Program-made: the position numbers and the translations under genes
Shown here: in pieces, positions 24,390-38,797 of the stretch
Layout: each line of letters begins with the position of its first letter
How positions within the stretch are numbered: the first letter of the stretch is position 1
Source: Cetorhinus maximus
Taxonomy: Eukaryota
DNA: 64,000 nucleotides
Direction of reading: 5' to 3'
Assembly: GCF_964194155.1 (NCBI RefSeq)
Contig: NC_135888.1
Span: forward strand, 35,712,001-35,776,000
The notes under the pieces: model-generated
Seen by the model: only the letters and a program-made list of their open reading frames with translations
Told to the model about the DNA's origin: nothing
The model's database searches: none

Positions 24390-24980
24390 ATCAACTGGAG
24401 GAAGGGCACCTCATCTTCCGATTGGCTATTTTGGGACTTAACATTGAGTTCAACAACTTCAGGCCATGAACTCTCTCTCCCATCTTTACCCCTTTTTTAA
24501 TCCAATTTTTTTGATTTTTATTTATTCATTTCCTTTTTAATTTTTTTTTAATTTTTCAAATAATTTTTTTTCCTTTTTCACCAACCACCCCGACCCTACC
24601 ACCCCCAATAGGGCAATCTGTCATTTGTTTCTGTTGTGCTTTCAGAGAGTGCTGTCCCTTGTTCTGCTATTAACATATTCAGCTATTTCCCTTTATGCCA
24701 CTATCAGCACCTGCTTTAGTCTTTAACACTACCATTAACCTTCCCTTTGTCTTGTGGCCATGACATCTTTGTTAATCTCTCCTGAGCTCCCACCAATCCC
24801 TGACCCTATATTTTGCCCCATTTGCTCCATCCCCTCTTAAACAGTATAATATCCATCACACTCCCCCTTCTTTTTAGCTCTGAAGATGAGTCAAATGGAC
24901 CTAAAACGTTAACTCTGTTTCTTTCTCCACAGATGCTGCCAGATCTGCTAAGGTTTTCCAGCATTTTCTGTTTTTACTTC
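24390..24980 (+). mobile_element. Penelope 3' end (GIY-YIG C-terminus plus pLTR with decayed hammerhead at about 24880-24915)
   Basis: ctggaggaagggcacctcatcttccgattg (LEE.HLIFRL) and ggacttaacattgagttcaacaacttcagg (GLNIEFNNFR); ctgaagatgagtcaaatggacctaaaacgttaactctg. Confidence 0.8.
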
Positions 24981-26131
24981 AAAAAATACCTCTCTGGCTC
25001 TGGAGCGCTCTGGAACAATTTGATAACGTGGAAAGCTTTGTGTACAATTTTAAACAGTTTCTTTCTTTTTAAAATACAGTGAGACACTTAGAATAAAATG
25101 GAGAAGCTCTAAATACTACGAACACCAACTTGTCTGCATGTGTGCAGAATAACAGAATTCATTATAAGAGAAAGACAACTCGAAAGCATTATGAATTCAC
25201 TCTTCCAATGGCTCAGCAGGATCCAGTTTGGGGATTGGGGTGGCTGAGGGAACTTCATTATTCTAACTATGTATGATCCAGTTTGATCCATTTATCTGCA
25301 GTGAGTCAGCTAGTATGCCGCTAGGAACATTACATGTGTCCTTAATGACTCTAGTTTGGGAACACTTTCAAGATTTGATAATCTACTGAATCAGGAGTCA
25401 CGCATAGGGCATGTCCATTTGGGTGAGGTATCCAAGGACATCTGGCACCCATTGAACTGGATCCTTCCAAGCACCCATTGGCATCAGGAGAGCAGTTAAT
25501 GGAGAAAATTGGCAAGAAAGTTTTTTTTAAAAATCAACATGAAGTGGACTTAGATTTAAAAAGAAGTGAATTTACATGTTTATAGTAGAAACATGTACTA
25601 TGGTTCTAAGGGACTCATTGTTAATTGTCTTAAGAATAATTGGTTATATTATTCCAAACATAAGCATTCCAAATTATACAGATTGTTAAATTTCATCTAT
25701 ATGCAAATGTCCATAATTTATTATGCACTTAAATGTACCATATTGTTCATTTTTTTTTCAGAAGTGGTGTTGAGGCAAAGTGAAATTAATTACGTTATCT
25801 GTATCAATTATTTCATATTTTGAATTACTCCTATTAAGCTGTTTAAAAAAGCACATTTCTGTAGTCAAGAATAAAGGTAATTTTGAAAAACAAGAATGAG
25901 TCACATTCAAGACTGTTTAGACAATTTTTTGCAATTTGAAATCAATAATAATTACCGAGATATGTAGGTTTTTGCTAACTTCCATTCATATCAGTTTGGG
26001 TTACATGTTATTAAACAGATTTCTCTTAAAATTTACTTCTCTAATATGTTCTCTAATGTTCAGCCTCAAATTAACTCTTTGCTAGCTACATACTGTCACG
26101 CACACTCTGACATACTCATTCTCATCATACT

Positions 26132-26906
26132 GGCCAGAATTTTCTCAGCCCCATGAAGGCTATTTTGGAGGTGGAGGGAGGCATGTGGGCGGGGAGGGTG
26201 AGGGGTGGGGCAGGTAGAAGTTTAGACCTCAGTGCATTAGGGTGGTTCCTGATATGTTCCCAGTGAGTGCAATCAGCTGACCACCCATGGGCTTCAGGGA
26301 TGCCGATATCAGGATCAAATGGTGATCAGAAGATAGTACTGTGGGGGAAAACGGTTACCCGGCAGTGATTTTCCATGAATTGGACAGTTAGTGGCCAGAG
26401 GGCCAGCTTACTCTCCAAATAAGTACAGCGGGTAGGCTCTCAAAGCTGGAGGGTCAACCGGAGGTCCTCCAGCCCTGAAGCAGCAGCAGGCTGCCTGTCC
26501 AGGTAAGTGAGAGAGATCGCCTCCATTTTGAGGCACCCTTCGCCAACATTTTGGACTTGAAAAAGAACAGCCAGCTAGAGTTTGCCTGGTGCACTGCCCC
26601 CACCAACCCCTCTCTACCCAACTGTCATGAGGAGGCCACCTCCGATGAGCTAGCCTAGTGTTCGATACTCCCTAGGCCCTGGAGGCCAACTGGAAAATTC
26701 CAGTCGGCTTCTCACAATAGGCCTGAATTGACCTTTAAGAGTCATAATTGGCTACTTGTGGGTGAGTAGCCCTGCTACCTGCCCTACCCCCATCCTTCCT
26801 CCAAGAATTGGCCAGGGAGCAGATTGGCGCTGGCAGACTGGCACACTGGATGATGTACCATGAAATTTCATGGCTGTCTCCCCAAATGGGACCTAAAATT
26901 TAGCTC
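26132..26906. mobile_element. Decayed Harbinger-type MITE
   Basis: Starts ggccagaatttt, ends aaaatttagctc followed by ATA; internal taattggc motif. Confidence 0.55.
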
Positions 26907-27217
26907 ATAATTAAAACCAAAGCTCAGCTTCACCTAACTATTGCTCTTTGACACAGCTCATCATCTCTCCTCCTCCACTTTTCAACATTGATTCTACCTT
27001 TCAAAACCAGCCTTAGCCCTTCAACAATTTACTAGTACATGGAAGAAAAAGGTGGCCAGCCATGAATGTTAGATTTTAACGATTAGAATTCTATTGACGG
27101 GATTCACAAGGGCAATGATAGTTTTCTAATGCCCTCTCTTTGGCATAATTTACATTGCCTGAAGTTCATGATACCTGTGGAAAAAAAATAACCACCTGTA
27201 AATCAAGCTGCTACAGA

Positions 27218-28135
27218 TTTTTTTATTCTTTCACAGGATGTGGGCGTCGCTGGCTAGGACAGCATTTATTGCCCATCCCTAAATGCCCTTGAGAAGATGA
27301 TGGTGAGTCACCTTCTTGAACAGCTGCAGTCAATGTGGTGTAAGTACACCCACAGTGCTGTTAGGGAAGGAATTCCAAGATTTTGACCCAGCAACAGTGA
27401 AGTAACAGCGATATATTTCCAAGTCAGGATGGTGTGTGGCTTGGAGGGGAGCTTGCAGTGGTGATATTCCCAAGCATCTGCTGCCTTTGCCCAACTAGAT
27501 GGTGGAGGTCACGGGTTTGGAAGATGCTGTTGAAGTAGCCTTGGTGAGTGCAGTGCATCTTGCAGGTGGTACACACTGCTGCCGTTGTATGTCAGTGGTA
27601 GAAGGAGTGAATGTTGAAGATGGTGGACGGAGTGCCAATCAAGCAGTTTACATTGCCTTGGAATGTGTCCAATTTCTTGAGTGCTGTCAGAGCTGCACTC
27701 ATCCAGGCAGGTGGAGATTATTCCATCACCGTCTTAACATGTGCCTTGTGGACAGGCTTTGGAGGGGCAGGAGGTGAGTTCCTCGCTACAGAATTCCCAG
27801 CTTCATCAGCTCTTGTAGCCATGGCATTTATATGGCTAGTCCAGTTCAGTTTCTAGTCAATGGTAGCCCCAGGATATTGATAGTGGGGGATTCAGCAATG
27901 GTAATGCCATTCAATGTCAAGGGGTGATGGCTGTATTCTGTCTTGGAGGAGATGCTCAACACCTGGCAATTGTGTGGTACAAATGCGACTTGGCACTTAT
28001 CAGCCCAAGCCCAAAAGTTGTTCAGGTCTTGCTGTACATGGGCACGGACTGCTTCAGTATCTGGGAATTGCGAGCGGTGCTGAAAATTGTGAAATCATCA
28101 GCAAACATCCCCACTTCTGACCTTATGATGGAATG
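27218..28135 (-). mobile_element. CR1/Zenon-like LINE, 5'-truncated 3' fragment (about 0.9 kb)
   Basis: Colinear with 1345-1703 and 54739-55600, extending into the RT C-terminal region. Confidence 0.85.
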
Positions 28136-29179
28136 TTATTATGTTAGAGAATTCCAGGAAAAGCTTTTTCACACACACAACTATGGAGAAGATTGAGACT
28201 CACTTTGCTGGTACATACTGAGAGAAGGAATTATTGGAGTTGAGAGAAAGCAACGCGCAATGTCGTGAGAATGCAGTGACTTTTACAACCACAGCAGAGG
28301 CCATTTAATCTGACCAATACACACATTAACAATTCTGATCAGATGGCTGACATAGTTGCTTCATGGTACTAGTAGTTAGCCAGTTGTTTCCATGGTTGAA
28401 ATTGCACACAAAGGAATTTTGTGTAAATTATTTAGCCAGTGTGGCACTTATTTTCCCAGGCTGCATTGGAATCTCAGCCACTGCCAGTACATCTTGGAAA
28501 ACAATCCCCTGTAGTTGAAGTCTAAAGCCATTTGCTGTTTCAGGCATAAAGGAAAGCGAAGAGCTTGCATTGATGCTGCAGCTTTCACACCTTCAGGATA
28601 CCCGCAAAACCAAGGCCCTGGAAAGGGAGCTGCAGACTGCGCCAAACACTGGGGCCCAGGCCCAGGGTTTCAAACAGTTTCTCATCGTCCACGTTGAGTG
28701 GCCAAACCTGCGGACCTGAAAGATGGTCTGAAAGAAAACAGATCTGTAAGGCTGAGAGTTCTGATATTTTTTAAGACAGTGTGTCACTGTCTGGTAAACG
28801 TCACTAGTTGCTGTTGCTGCTTCCAACCTTCAGGCCGCTTTGCAATTCCAATTTTTTTTTAAAAAGCCCGCCAGGGAACTACAGCAGCAGCAACTGAGAA
28901 TGTTCCTGCTTGAAAAATGGGAAGTCAAATCCCTGTAATTTTCCAACCAATTGGATGCTGTGTGAGGTGGGGGGAGATTTGAAGTGGGGCATTGGAGGGG
29001 AGGGGACGTTGGAGGGAGATTAGCTACAGATTTGAATTGTTTTTGTAAATATAGCAATTTCTCAGCCATTCTTCTAACTTCAGTTGATTTCTCTATGATT
29101 AATTATCCTTAGAGAATCAGCATTGGGCCTCCAATTTCACCATTGCTACAGTCATTTTGCCTACTGCATGCAGCTGTAA

Positions 29180-29345
29180 TAACAGAAAGACAAAACCTAC
29201 ATTTATACAGCATCTTTACAATGTCCCAAAACACTTCACAACCAATTAGGTACTTTTTAGTTGCAGTCACTGGTATGATGTAGACAATGCTATCAAATGG
29301 CAGAGCAGGCTTGAGGGGCTGAATGGCCTACTTCTGCTCCTAATA
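29180..29345. mobile_element. DeuSINE-like tail (minus) abutting a short CR1 3' end (plus)
   Basis: catttatacagc...caaaacacttcacaaccaatt...gcagtcactg; gagcaggcttgaggggctgaatggcctacttctgctcc. Confidence 0.55.
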
Positions 29346-29959
29346 CATATATTTGCATGGCATTCTGGGATAGATGAGATGAACTTTGGCCTTTGTCATC
29401 CATAATTATCTTGCGAACAGAGGGTGGAATCATGGGAGTTCTGTTTACTTTGTTGCTAATGGGAGTTTATTGTGAGCAAGCTCTGTGGGGTGAGATTGCC
29501 AGGACAGGAGTGTATAACGAGCTCAATATGAATCAGTAACATGTTTTACACTGCACATGATTCTCAAGCGTCTTTTCCATTGATTTCAATCTTGTCCTTT
29601 TGGCTACTGACCTATTATCCCACTCTAACTTGGTGCTTTTTATGAGTTTTTTGAGGTATTGAAATATCACGGTAAAGTTGTGTTGCACAGTCAATATTGA
29701 AAATATATTGTAGTGAAAAGCAGCAATCAGCAGAGATTTCAGACTTGCTGATCATGAAACAGCTGCAATTGTGAACCATTCAGTCTTTGTTCTCTGGCTT
29801 CCTAAAAGTTCTGTTGCAGGGACACACCTGAGGGCCCAGAAACAGGAGAAGCACTCTCCCTGGCCCTGCTCAACACTTCATTGGTAGGAACAGACAACTG
29901 TGGCTACACCTACTCAATGAACAGCAAAGACGTACATGGCCACATAACCTTTTCGTTTT

Positions 29960-30180
29960 GATTTGTTGGTTGAGAGATAAATATTGGAGAAGACATGAGG
30001 ATAGCCCCTTTGCCCTACTTCAAGTAGTGACATAGGATCTTTTACATCCACCGGAGATCAGCCATGATCTTGTTGAATGGTGGAGCAGGTTTGAGAGGTC
30101 TTATGGCCTGCTCTTGCTCAAATTCTTAAGTTCTTTGGTTCAGATGGATTCTCAGCTCAACACCCGATCTAAAATACAAT
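29960..30180. mobile_element. DeuSINE-like body (minus) interrupted by a short CR1 3' end (plus, about 30058-30135)
   Basis: gataaatattgg...ggatcttttacatccacc; tcagccatgatcttgttgaatggtggagcagg. Confidence 0.55.
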
Positions 30181-30617
30181 TAAGAAAGGCAATAGTTCAA
30201 CCAAGTTGAACTAACTTACTAAGTTGAATTTTTTGAATTAAATGTGAATTAAATATTTTGATTTCTCCCTTAATAATTACACCAGATGCATAGCAAATTA
30301 CAAAACTATAGTTGAACAATGTTATGTTCTACTACAGGGTCACTTTGCTTGCAAACTGGTTGTAGGCTTATCTTTCGGCAGGTGAGTTGATTACAATATG
30401 CTGCAGATGCAGAAACCAATATGAAATGAAGCACATGCTATTTATTTACACAGACAACAAAGCACTAACATGATGTGTGCTTCATCAAACAGGCCCTACT
30501 CTAGATTAACATTAACATGGTAGCCCGCAATACACAACTATTCGGTCTTACAATCAAGTGGTCAATCTGCTCACATTCTCTTAAAGGTGTATTACACCTC
30601 AGATTACCACAGACTAT

Positions 30618-31286
30618 GGCCAGAATTTTCCCGGCAGCGATTTGGGGGTGGGGCCTATTCGCTAACAGGAAAATGACGCGGGATGACATTGGGAGGAACC
30701 TCCGATGTCATCCCGGTCCATTTAAATTTTTAGGAAGGCGGGCGGACAGCGAAATCAGCTGTCCGCCCGCCGACCTGTCAATGGCCAATTGCGGCCATTG
30801 ACAGAATCATTAAGCTCATTGAAAGACCTGCCCGTCCAACCTTAAGGCTGGAGGGCAGGCCAGGAGCCCCAGCGGGCTTCTGAAAAAAGATAAAACCTCT
30901 TCTACTGGCCGGATGAAGTTTCATATCAGTTTTTAAAAAGTTTATTAAAATTTCACTCATATTTATTAACATATCCCATCTCGTGTGACAATGTCACATG
31001 AGGGGGGCATGTTAATAATGTTTTTCTTTCTCTTTTTTTAAAGACAGCACTTAGTCTCAGGGAGCAGTGTGCCCTTTCGCGCGCATGTGCGCGAAAGAGC
31101 GCACTTTGACAGATGGGGAATCCCTCCACCCCCCTCACAGGAAGCGCATAGCACTTCCTGTTGGGCAGGCTGCTGGGCGCGCCAACTCAAAATGGCAGCC
31201 GGCCCCGTTTCGGCGGCGGTGTTCGGCTGCCCGCCCGCCACTGAGCCAGTAGGGCCCGCCTGCCCATCGAGGTCAAAATTCTGGCC
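30618..31286. mobile_element. Complete Harbinger-type MITE (669 bp)
   Basis: Perfect 12-bp TIR ggccagaatttt/aaaattctggcc; 3-bp TSD TAT; CpG-rich ends similar to 40308-44465. Confidence 0.9.
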
Positions 31287-34200
31287 TATATAGTCAAGTT
31301 ATTGCCAACTTAAAAATAACTGAAAAATTAAGCACCACATATGAGTTGGACCAGCTAAAGTTCCCAATTCTTAACTCAACACAATCTGGGGACATGAGTA
31401 GCACACTAACTAATTCATTTGCTCAGAATTCCTTTTTGTGCAATTTCAACCATGGGAACAACACAATGGCCAACTAGGAGTACCATGAAGCAACCATGCT
31501 GTACTGATTAGAATTGTTAATCTGCGTTTTAGTCATGTTAAATATCCTCTGTTATGCATGTAAATGTCACTGTATTCTCATTACATTGCATGTTACTTTC
31601 CCTGGAAACTCAGTAAAATTGAATACGTTTTACCTATATATGGAGATGCCCAACACACAGGCAAAGGAAACAGATGCCCAGCTATATAATTGCCATGACT
31701 TGATACGCAAGGATTGTACTTACATAGTCCATATGGAAAATTGAATCTTCAATGTTTTGCTCATGTGGATTTATCAAAAGCTTTCCCTAAATCCATTAAC
31801 CAGAAATATTCAGTTATGTGCCTTAAATGGAATGTCTAACCTTTACTTGATGCTTCTAAGTCACATTGAAGTTCTACCAGTTCATCTTCTGCTATCGGCC
31901 TAACTTTCTTTTCTATGTTGTGCCATGTACTTTTCTTAGTTTGCTAAAAGGCTGGTCCTTTTTAACAGGATTGAAATTGGAAAGTGTTTGTGAGCCCAGT
32001 GAAAGATTCACTTATATTGTGCTTCAAAAAAAGAAAATCGCTCTTCTATGAAATTTAACTGAAAAATAATGATGGATTATCCTGAACATTAAAATTAGGG
32101 CTGTGAGATAACAAAGGTAGCGAACAATCAAATCACTTCCTAATAATGTACTGGCTCAGAATAAAAACTCGTCTGAAATGCTACATATAAGCACAAGAAA
32201 TTAGCTTTATTTTGCTCTTTTTCATGGATAAATCATATAAATAATGAACTGTTCTTAATTTTGTATTGTAAAACTGGACAAGGTAAGCTTCATAGAGTGA
32301 AATATGATTCGCTTCCTCATCACTGGGAGCATAAAATGCATGTTCATTCTCCCAACTGTAGAGTATCACATCTGGTTGTAACGCTGCATCCTTCAGATCA
32401 ATATAGACTAGTGGCAAAAAACATTAACTGAAGGAAGAAGTGCTAAAATGCATGCAGAATGGCTCGGAATGAGGATCGAACAGGCGGCCAGCCATTAAGA
32501 CAGAATCAGAGATCGGAAATCTAAACAGTTCTCTTCAAAACTGGAACGAGTGGAAGATTGTTAAATTTCTTCAGGGGTTGAAGGATGAAAGCAGGGAATT
32601 TAAATTTGTACATGTCTTGAATGAATACTAATCCCATATCAAATTATTCCTTTTCCTTCAACCGCCTGTTTAACCTATATTTAAATGTTTACATGGCCGC
32701 TGCTCCCATTAAAAGCTGGGGGTAATGCATACTGCACTGTTTATAAGTGACTTAAAAAAAAGTTCCTCCTGCTCTCTGTGCTAAATCTTTTAAATTTAAT
32801 CTTGTATTACATCCCTTCAGCTTGAACTCCCAAAGCATTAGAAACAGTCTGTTTCCACCTGCTCTGTACCATCCTTTAAGAATTTTAAACACCTTTATCA
32901 AATAACACCAATGAGGTGCGAGCAAACAATCACACAGAATGCCATCACATGGAACTGTGCATGTGCAGCACTTTGTGCCAGCTATTGAAAAGAATATATC
33001 ATCAATGCCTCAAACTAACTGGCTGACAATGAGACAATAGAAAAGCACTGGTTTAAAGGTCTCGCTAAGTGGAGGCATCAACCAGAAATATTCACCAATG
33101 GCACAGTGAACAGTGCAACCACCATGGAATGCTAGAGTTCATTGCCAGCATCTTCCTGAACATGACACAGATACAACTGTTTGTTTTATCTGCAACCCAA
33201 TTATGGTAGCCATCAAACCTTAGAGATGAGAATCAATAATCAGATGTGCTAAGCTTCTGGCTTGAAGGTAGGTGAATTTGGGGACAGGTGATGGATTTAT
33301 ACAGATGTAGACACAAAGCAATGTTGTGGCTGATGGATTAATTTTCTCAGGATTCTCTGTGGGCTTATCAAGAAAGATTCCCATTTGAGATGCACTTTTA
33401 ATGTAAAGCAGCATCTGTTGACAAGAGAGAAAAAGAACTCAGTATTACAGAATATGGTTTAAAATACATACGAATATATCCATTTAGGGTTGACATGAAA
33501 AACATTAGTTTTACCATATTATATATGTATTAATATAAAGAAAAAAATTAATAAAATTTAACCCTAAGTGATAGAGCTAAATTTAAACGTGGAAACAGAT
33601 CAGTTGGGTAGTTAATTAGTTTGAATCTGATAGCTAACCAGCCCTGAAATACAGACTCTGTGCCAATGACCAAAAGCTAATTCTCCTGAGACCACTGAGG
33701 TTAAACAGTCAAACAGCCCAGCAATCTGTTGGTGCCAGAGAATGTTACTGAGGTGTTAGCAAACTTCACATTATTTATTTCTCCAGGTAGTTCTTCAAGC
33801 TCCAGACAGACTCCTAACCATCTGTTTAACAAGAATAAAATCAGAATTGGCAGTGTGGCCGTTTACAACATACAGAAACTAAACAACATGACCATTTGTG
33901 AAACATAATTTAATACAGAATTCCTTCTTAAGCAGAAGCAGATGGCACAATGTAACTTGCACTTCCCCTACTTACTTTCAGGAGAAGATTTTATAATTGG
34001 CTTTGTACAAACACATTGAAGTATAGTTCAGATTTGAGCCTGGAATTCCAGTGTTACACAATTCACAACCACGCTAATTATACAGAGTTCTCAATTCAGA
34101 CTAAAGGTGTTAATGTATAAATGTGAGCTAAGTGTAGTGTCTCAACAATTACTCAGCAAGCTTAATATTCTCAATCTGTTGTCTAATTTTAAAATAGATT

Positions 34201-34742
34201 TCACTTCAGCACAAAATAAAAATCTCATTTTTCACAGCTACAATCTATGTTATAAAAACTTTTAAATCTGTAATAATGTATGAATGTGGGATGAATATAT
34301 GAATGTCTCAATTTAGGAATGCTTGGCTGTTTAAAGGAGCATGACAAGAAGATTTCAGAACTAGGACTACTAACTCTCAATTATCAGACCATCAGAACTC
34401 AGAATCATGTTGACAGAGACCAATTACGTCTCAGAATAATATCTACTGTGTCATTGCTGACAGCTTTTAACAAAAAAAATTCCTGTTATATAATCAGCAT
34501 CATGACATTTCTCTAAGTTCTGGCTGGTAGTAAAATGAATTTTGTATTTCCCAGAGACTTCCCTGGTCTCTCTCTATCCTTCATCCTGGTACTGCACCTC
34601 TGTTTCAAAGAGAACTAACCCTTATGCCTGTTTTCCTGTGATTACTGTGTGGCCATCTCTGCTGCAACCCTGCCAGATCTGAGCCAAAAACTACTTTTAT
34701 GTAAATTTATATTTACAATTACAACCAGTGGATCTCTCTCCC

Positions 34743-35790
34743 TCATAGAATCATAACAGCACAGGAGGCAGCCATATGGCCTGTCAAGTACATGCAGGCT
34801 CTTTGTAGAGCAATCTAGTCAATCCCACTCCCCTACTCTATTTTGTAGCCCTGCAAGTTTATTTCCCTTGCTAATTCTTTTTGAAACCATTGATCTCTGT
34901 TTCCACCACCCATCTAGGCAAGGGGTTCTAGCACGTTACCACTCACTGTATTAAAATGTTCTTCCTCACAACCCCCTCGGTCTCTTGTCCAAAACCTTAA
35001 ATTTGTGTCCCCTTGCCCTTGTACCATCAGCTAAATGGGAACAGCCTTTCTTTATCTGCCTTGTGTACACCACTATCAAATCTCCCTTCAACCTCCTTTG
35101 CTACAGAGAACAACCCTAGCTTCTCCAACCTAACCTTATAACTAAATTCCCTCATCACTGGAACCATTCTGGTAAATCCCCTGTGCACCCTCTGAGGGAC
35201 CTTCACACCCTTCCAAAAGTGTAGTGACCAGAACTGGACTTAAGACTCTTGTTTTGGCTTAACCAGAGTCTTATAAAGGTTTGACATAATTTCCTTACTT
35301 TTGCACTCAATAAATGTCTCTACTTATGAAACCCAAAATCCCAGATCCTCTCAATTACTCTCAATATATCTTGCCACTTCAAAGATCTATGCCTATGCCC
35401 CTATTTCCCTGCAAATTCTTAAGAACTGTGCCATTAAGTATTTATTGCCTCTCCCTGTCACTGCCGCCAAAATGTACCACCACAGATTTCTCTGTATTAA
35501 ATTCCATCTGCCACTTGTCTGCCCATTCTGCTAGCCTGTTGCAGTCAATTGGTATCATCCTCACTATATGCCATAGACCCATTTGATATCATTGGCAAAT
35601 TTTGAAATTTTACTCTGTATTCCCATGTAGAAGTCTATATAAATTTAAAAAAAAACAGTGGACCTCAGCACTGACCCTTGAGGAACACCATTGTCTACCA
35701 TTCTTCAATTTGAAAAACAATCAATTACCATGATTCAATGGTTTTGGTCCTTAAGCAAAGATTTATATTTATCCAAGTTGACACTGACAC
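34743..35790 (-). mobile_element. Old CR1 3' fragment (about 1 kb)
   Basis: catagaatcataacagcacaggaggcagcc tail; gagaacaaccctagcttctccaacc; attaaattccatctgccacttgtctgccc (DKWQMEFN). Confidence 0.8.
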
Positions 35791-35944
35791 TGAGCCTCTC
35801 ACAGCATTGCTCGCAGTATCACTGCCTTCTTAGCTTCTACTCCAGCCTCAAACCCACTGGGGGTGACATTTATGTAGGACAGCAGCATAAAAAGGGACAA
35901 TAGGCTGCCACTTTACATTCTGTCACCAATAACTTATGTTGATA

Positions 35945-36425
35945 TGACACCTTTAACAAAATAAAACATCCCAAGGTGCTTCAAGGATCATTATAAAACA
36001 AAATGTGACACCGAGCAACATAAGGACATTATACGTCAGATGACTAAAAGTTTGCATCGTCAAAGAGCAAAGTTTCAAAGCAGGAATGTGAGGTAGAGAG
36101 GCAGAGAGGAGTAGGGGGGAAATTCCAGAGCTTGGGGCCTAGATAACTGAAGGCATGGCCACCAATGGTAGAACGATTAAAATTAGTGATGCACTAGCAA
36201 CCGAATTAGAGGAGTGCAGATATATTGGATGGCTGTGGGGTTGGGGGAAATTCAAGGCCATACAAGTTTTGAGAACAAGGTTGAGAATTTTAAAATTAAG
36301 ATGGTGCCTGACTGGGAGCCAATGTAGGTCAGCGAACACAGGGGTGATAGGGGAACTGATCTTGCGAGTTAGAGTTACGACTTAGGCAGCAGAGTTTTGG
36401 AAGACTTCAAATTTACAGAGAATAG
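35945..36425 (-). mobile_element. L2-type LINE 3' fragment
   Basis: Minus ORF ADLHWLPVRHHLNFKIL..K is a typical L2 C-terminal motif; also LWNS motif and tail. Confidence 0.8.
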
Positions 36426-38375
36426 AGGATAAGATATGGAGGGAGGGCTGTCTTGTTTACTTTTAAGTCGGAGAGTAAAATGGACAGCTGATTTGCGGTC
36501 ATGCATTTTGCACTACTTCCTAAGATGAACTGTAAACCCTACTCAATCTGAACTAAGGAAAAAAAAGTGTTCTGATTTCCCATTCCTAATTGATAACCAG
36601 TACTGCTAGGAGGTGTAGGTGTGTGCTTGAATGTGTGAGATGATAGAATAGCCTACTAGCACTCATTAGCCTCACACATGAAGGCTGGCATTTGGGACTG
36701 GGGCTGTCAAGAGAACCAGCAGTGCCTGGACCCATAGAACTACATCCTCCAGAGAGGAAAACATTTGAATAAAGTATACACATATTCAAAATTAGTGTTC
36801 AATGTGTTCAGGAACAGCATTTGTAGTTTATTGCACATTTGTTCACGGACCAGAAATAAATTAAAGTGGAAGTGAACAAATAATAGTTAATGAATGATGA
36901 ACAAAGAAGTAAATAAAAAAAAATACAAAGAGGAGAATACTGCTTGCATAATTGAAAAAAAAAAGATGGCCTTATTAGTTTGAAATTCTAATAGCTTTGA
37001 GCCTCCTTGGAAATCGATTCAATCAGGGTCAATTTATGCAACAAAGTAGCCTTCTGTTGTTGAAACCTTTCTCTGTTAATTATTTCAGAGAAATTGAAAA
37101 CGCAACCATTCTTCTCTGTTCACTCACTTCTACTTAAATGAGAGGATATTGTACCGAATTAATAGCCTGAAGAAGGATTTGCAGCATTTTGAGTTAAGGA
37201 AGTGTTATGAATAATCAATGTGCGGCTATCGTTATGTTTTCCTGGCTTCTTTTTTAAGATGCAAATACTTGCACAATGCAGTAAATATAGGAAGCTCAGG
37301 TTGTAACTGTCCAGTGGACATGAATTTGCTAAAAATGTAGGTTATGAAAAATTGTTTAGTTAAAAGATGCAGTAGCATTTATTCACAAACATTCTTCATG
37401 ACATTCTGAAGAACAAAGCAGTTGGTATGCATCCAAATTTCATCATCTTGTCCCTTGTACCTGAAATACTGTATCACCCACACTTACTGTATGGGACTGA
37501 GTCCCTGTGCAGGATAGAGTAAATAGATGTTAAAGGTTTTATGAATAGACTTCCACATCACCATATTCAATACACACACAGAGGTAAAATACAATGACTA
37601 TTTTCTTGAGGGCTTCTAAAAAATTCATCCTTCACTGCAGAACTGGTCAGCTGATACATCACGCCACTTGTAGAAAGAAGGAAGTGTGTTTTATAGACTG
37701 CATTCGAGCAGAGAACTAAGTTCCTTGATCTCCCACCATAAAATTACACTAGAAATATATTCTTCCATGCAAATCAGGCACATTAAAAACAATTACTCCC
37801 TATTTTGAGATCAATGATAAATTGAGAAGTTATCTCATTATTCATTTCTCAGGCATGCCTTACTAAAAACACAACAATCTCTGGATAGGCATAGAAGTGC
37901 GGCAGTACAAAGCTGTGGGCATATGTTCTGTCCTGCCACATTTTTGTGCCTGTCCAGAGACTGTGGAATTTCTTGCCTGGTGTGTTTTTTGTAAGGCGTG
38001 ACTGAGAAATGAATAAAATACGTATCTTTGCAAAGACAAGATTTTGCTTCAAATCAGCTACAAGGACGATTGTAGATCCATGCCTGAGATGCAAGATTAG
38101 GCAAGCAAAAAGAGTTAAAATAATCTTATTAATGGCAAAATGCAAATTTGGAGCTGGGACAACTTGTGAGAAGCTACGGAATCAGCATTTGCATCATGGC
38201 CTGTTAGACTATTAAGCAGCCTACAAATCATCTAGCACCTCACACTGTTCAAAGAAAGAGTGTGAAGATACAAGTGGAAATATAAAAAAGTAGCCCTACA
38301 ATTCCGACACTTAAGAGACAGCTTTGTGTCAGGAGTCTTAGATAGCTAACCCTACAAATTTACACCTTTATGTTT

Positions 38376-38797
38376 TTTAGGAAACCTCATCCATGAGCGG
38401 GATGAGGTTTCCTAAAGCTTTTACGAATTAAATAAAAACCTTTTCTGAAAAATAAAAACATGTCCCATTTAATTCACACAGTCACATGAGGGGACAAGTT
38501 TCATTACATTTTTATTATATGTTTTTTTTAAAAACGCACTTCAATCTCTCTGAGGCACGATGCTGCCTCAGGGAGATTGAAGCACTCCGCTCGAAAGAGC
38601 GCTGGACTCGACTCTCCCCCCTCCCCCTGCCTGCACAGGTAGTGCTTGCTACCGCTCGCGTATTATGCTGGGCAGGCCTTAATTGGCCCGCCCGCGTAAA
38701 ATGGCGGCGCGGAGCTGATCGCGGGTGCCGGTTGACTCCGCGAACGCCCCCACCTGCTCCCGCCGAGCCCACCTGACGCAGGAAAAATTCATGCCCT
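38376..38797. mobile_element. Half of a Harbinger-type MITE beginning at a perfect hairpin
   Basis: Homologous to 30890-31286 and to the 24190-24327 and 44340-44465 ends; ends aaaattcatgccc. Confidence 0.75.

Noticed and set aside
25300-25520. Possible ancient repeat shared with about 36590-36770 and 57890-58030
   Set aside because: Similarity is too weak to establish by eye; needs alignment.
32181-32417. 78-aa ORF as a host exon
   Set aside because: No recognisable domain or convincing splice pair; the length is expected by chance.
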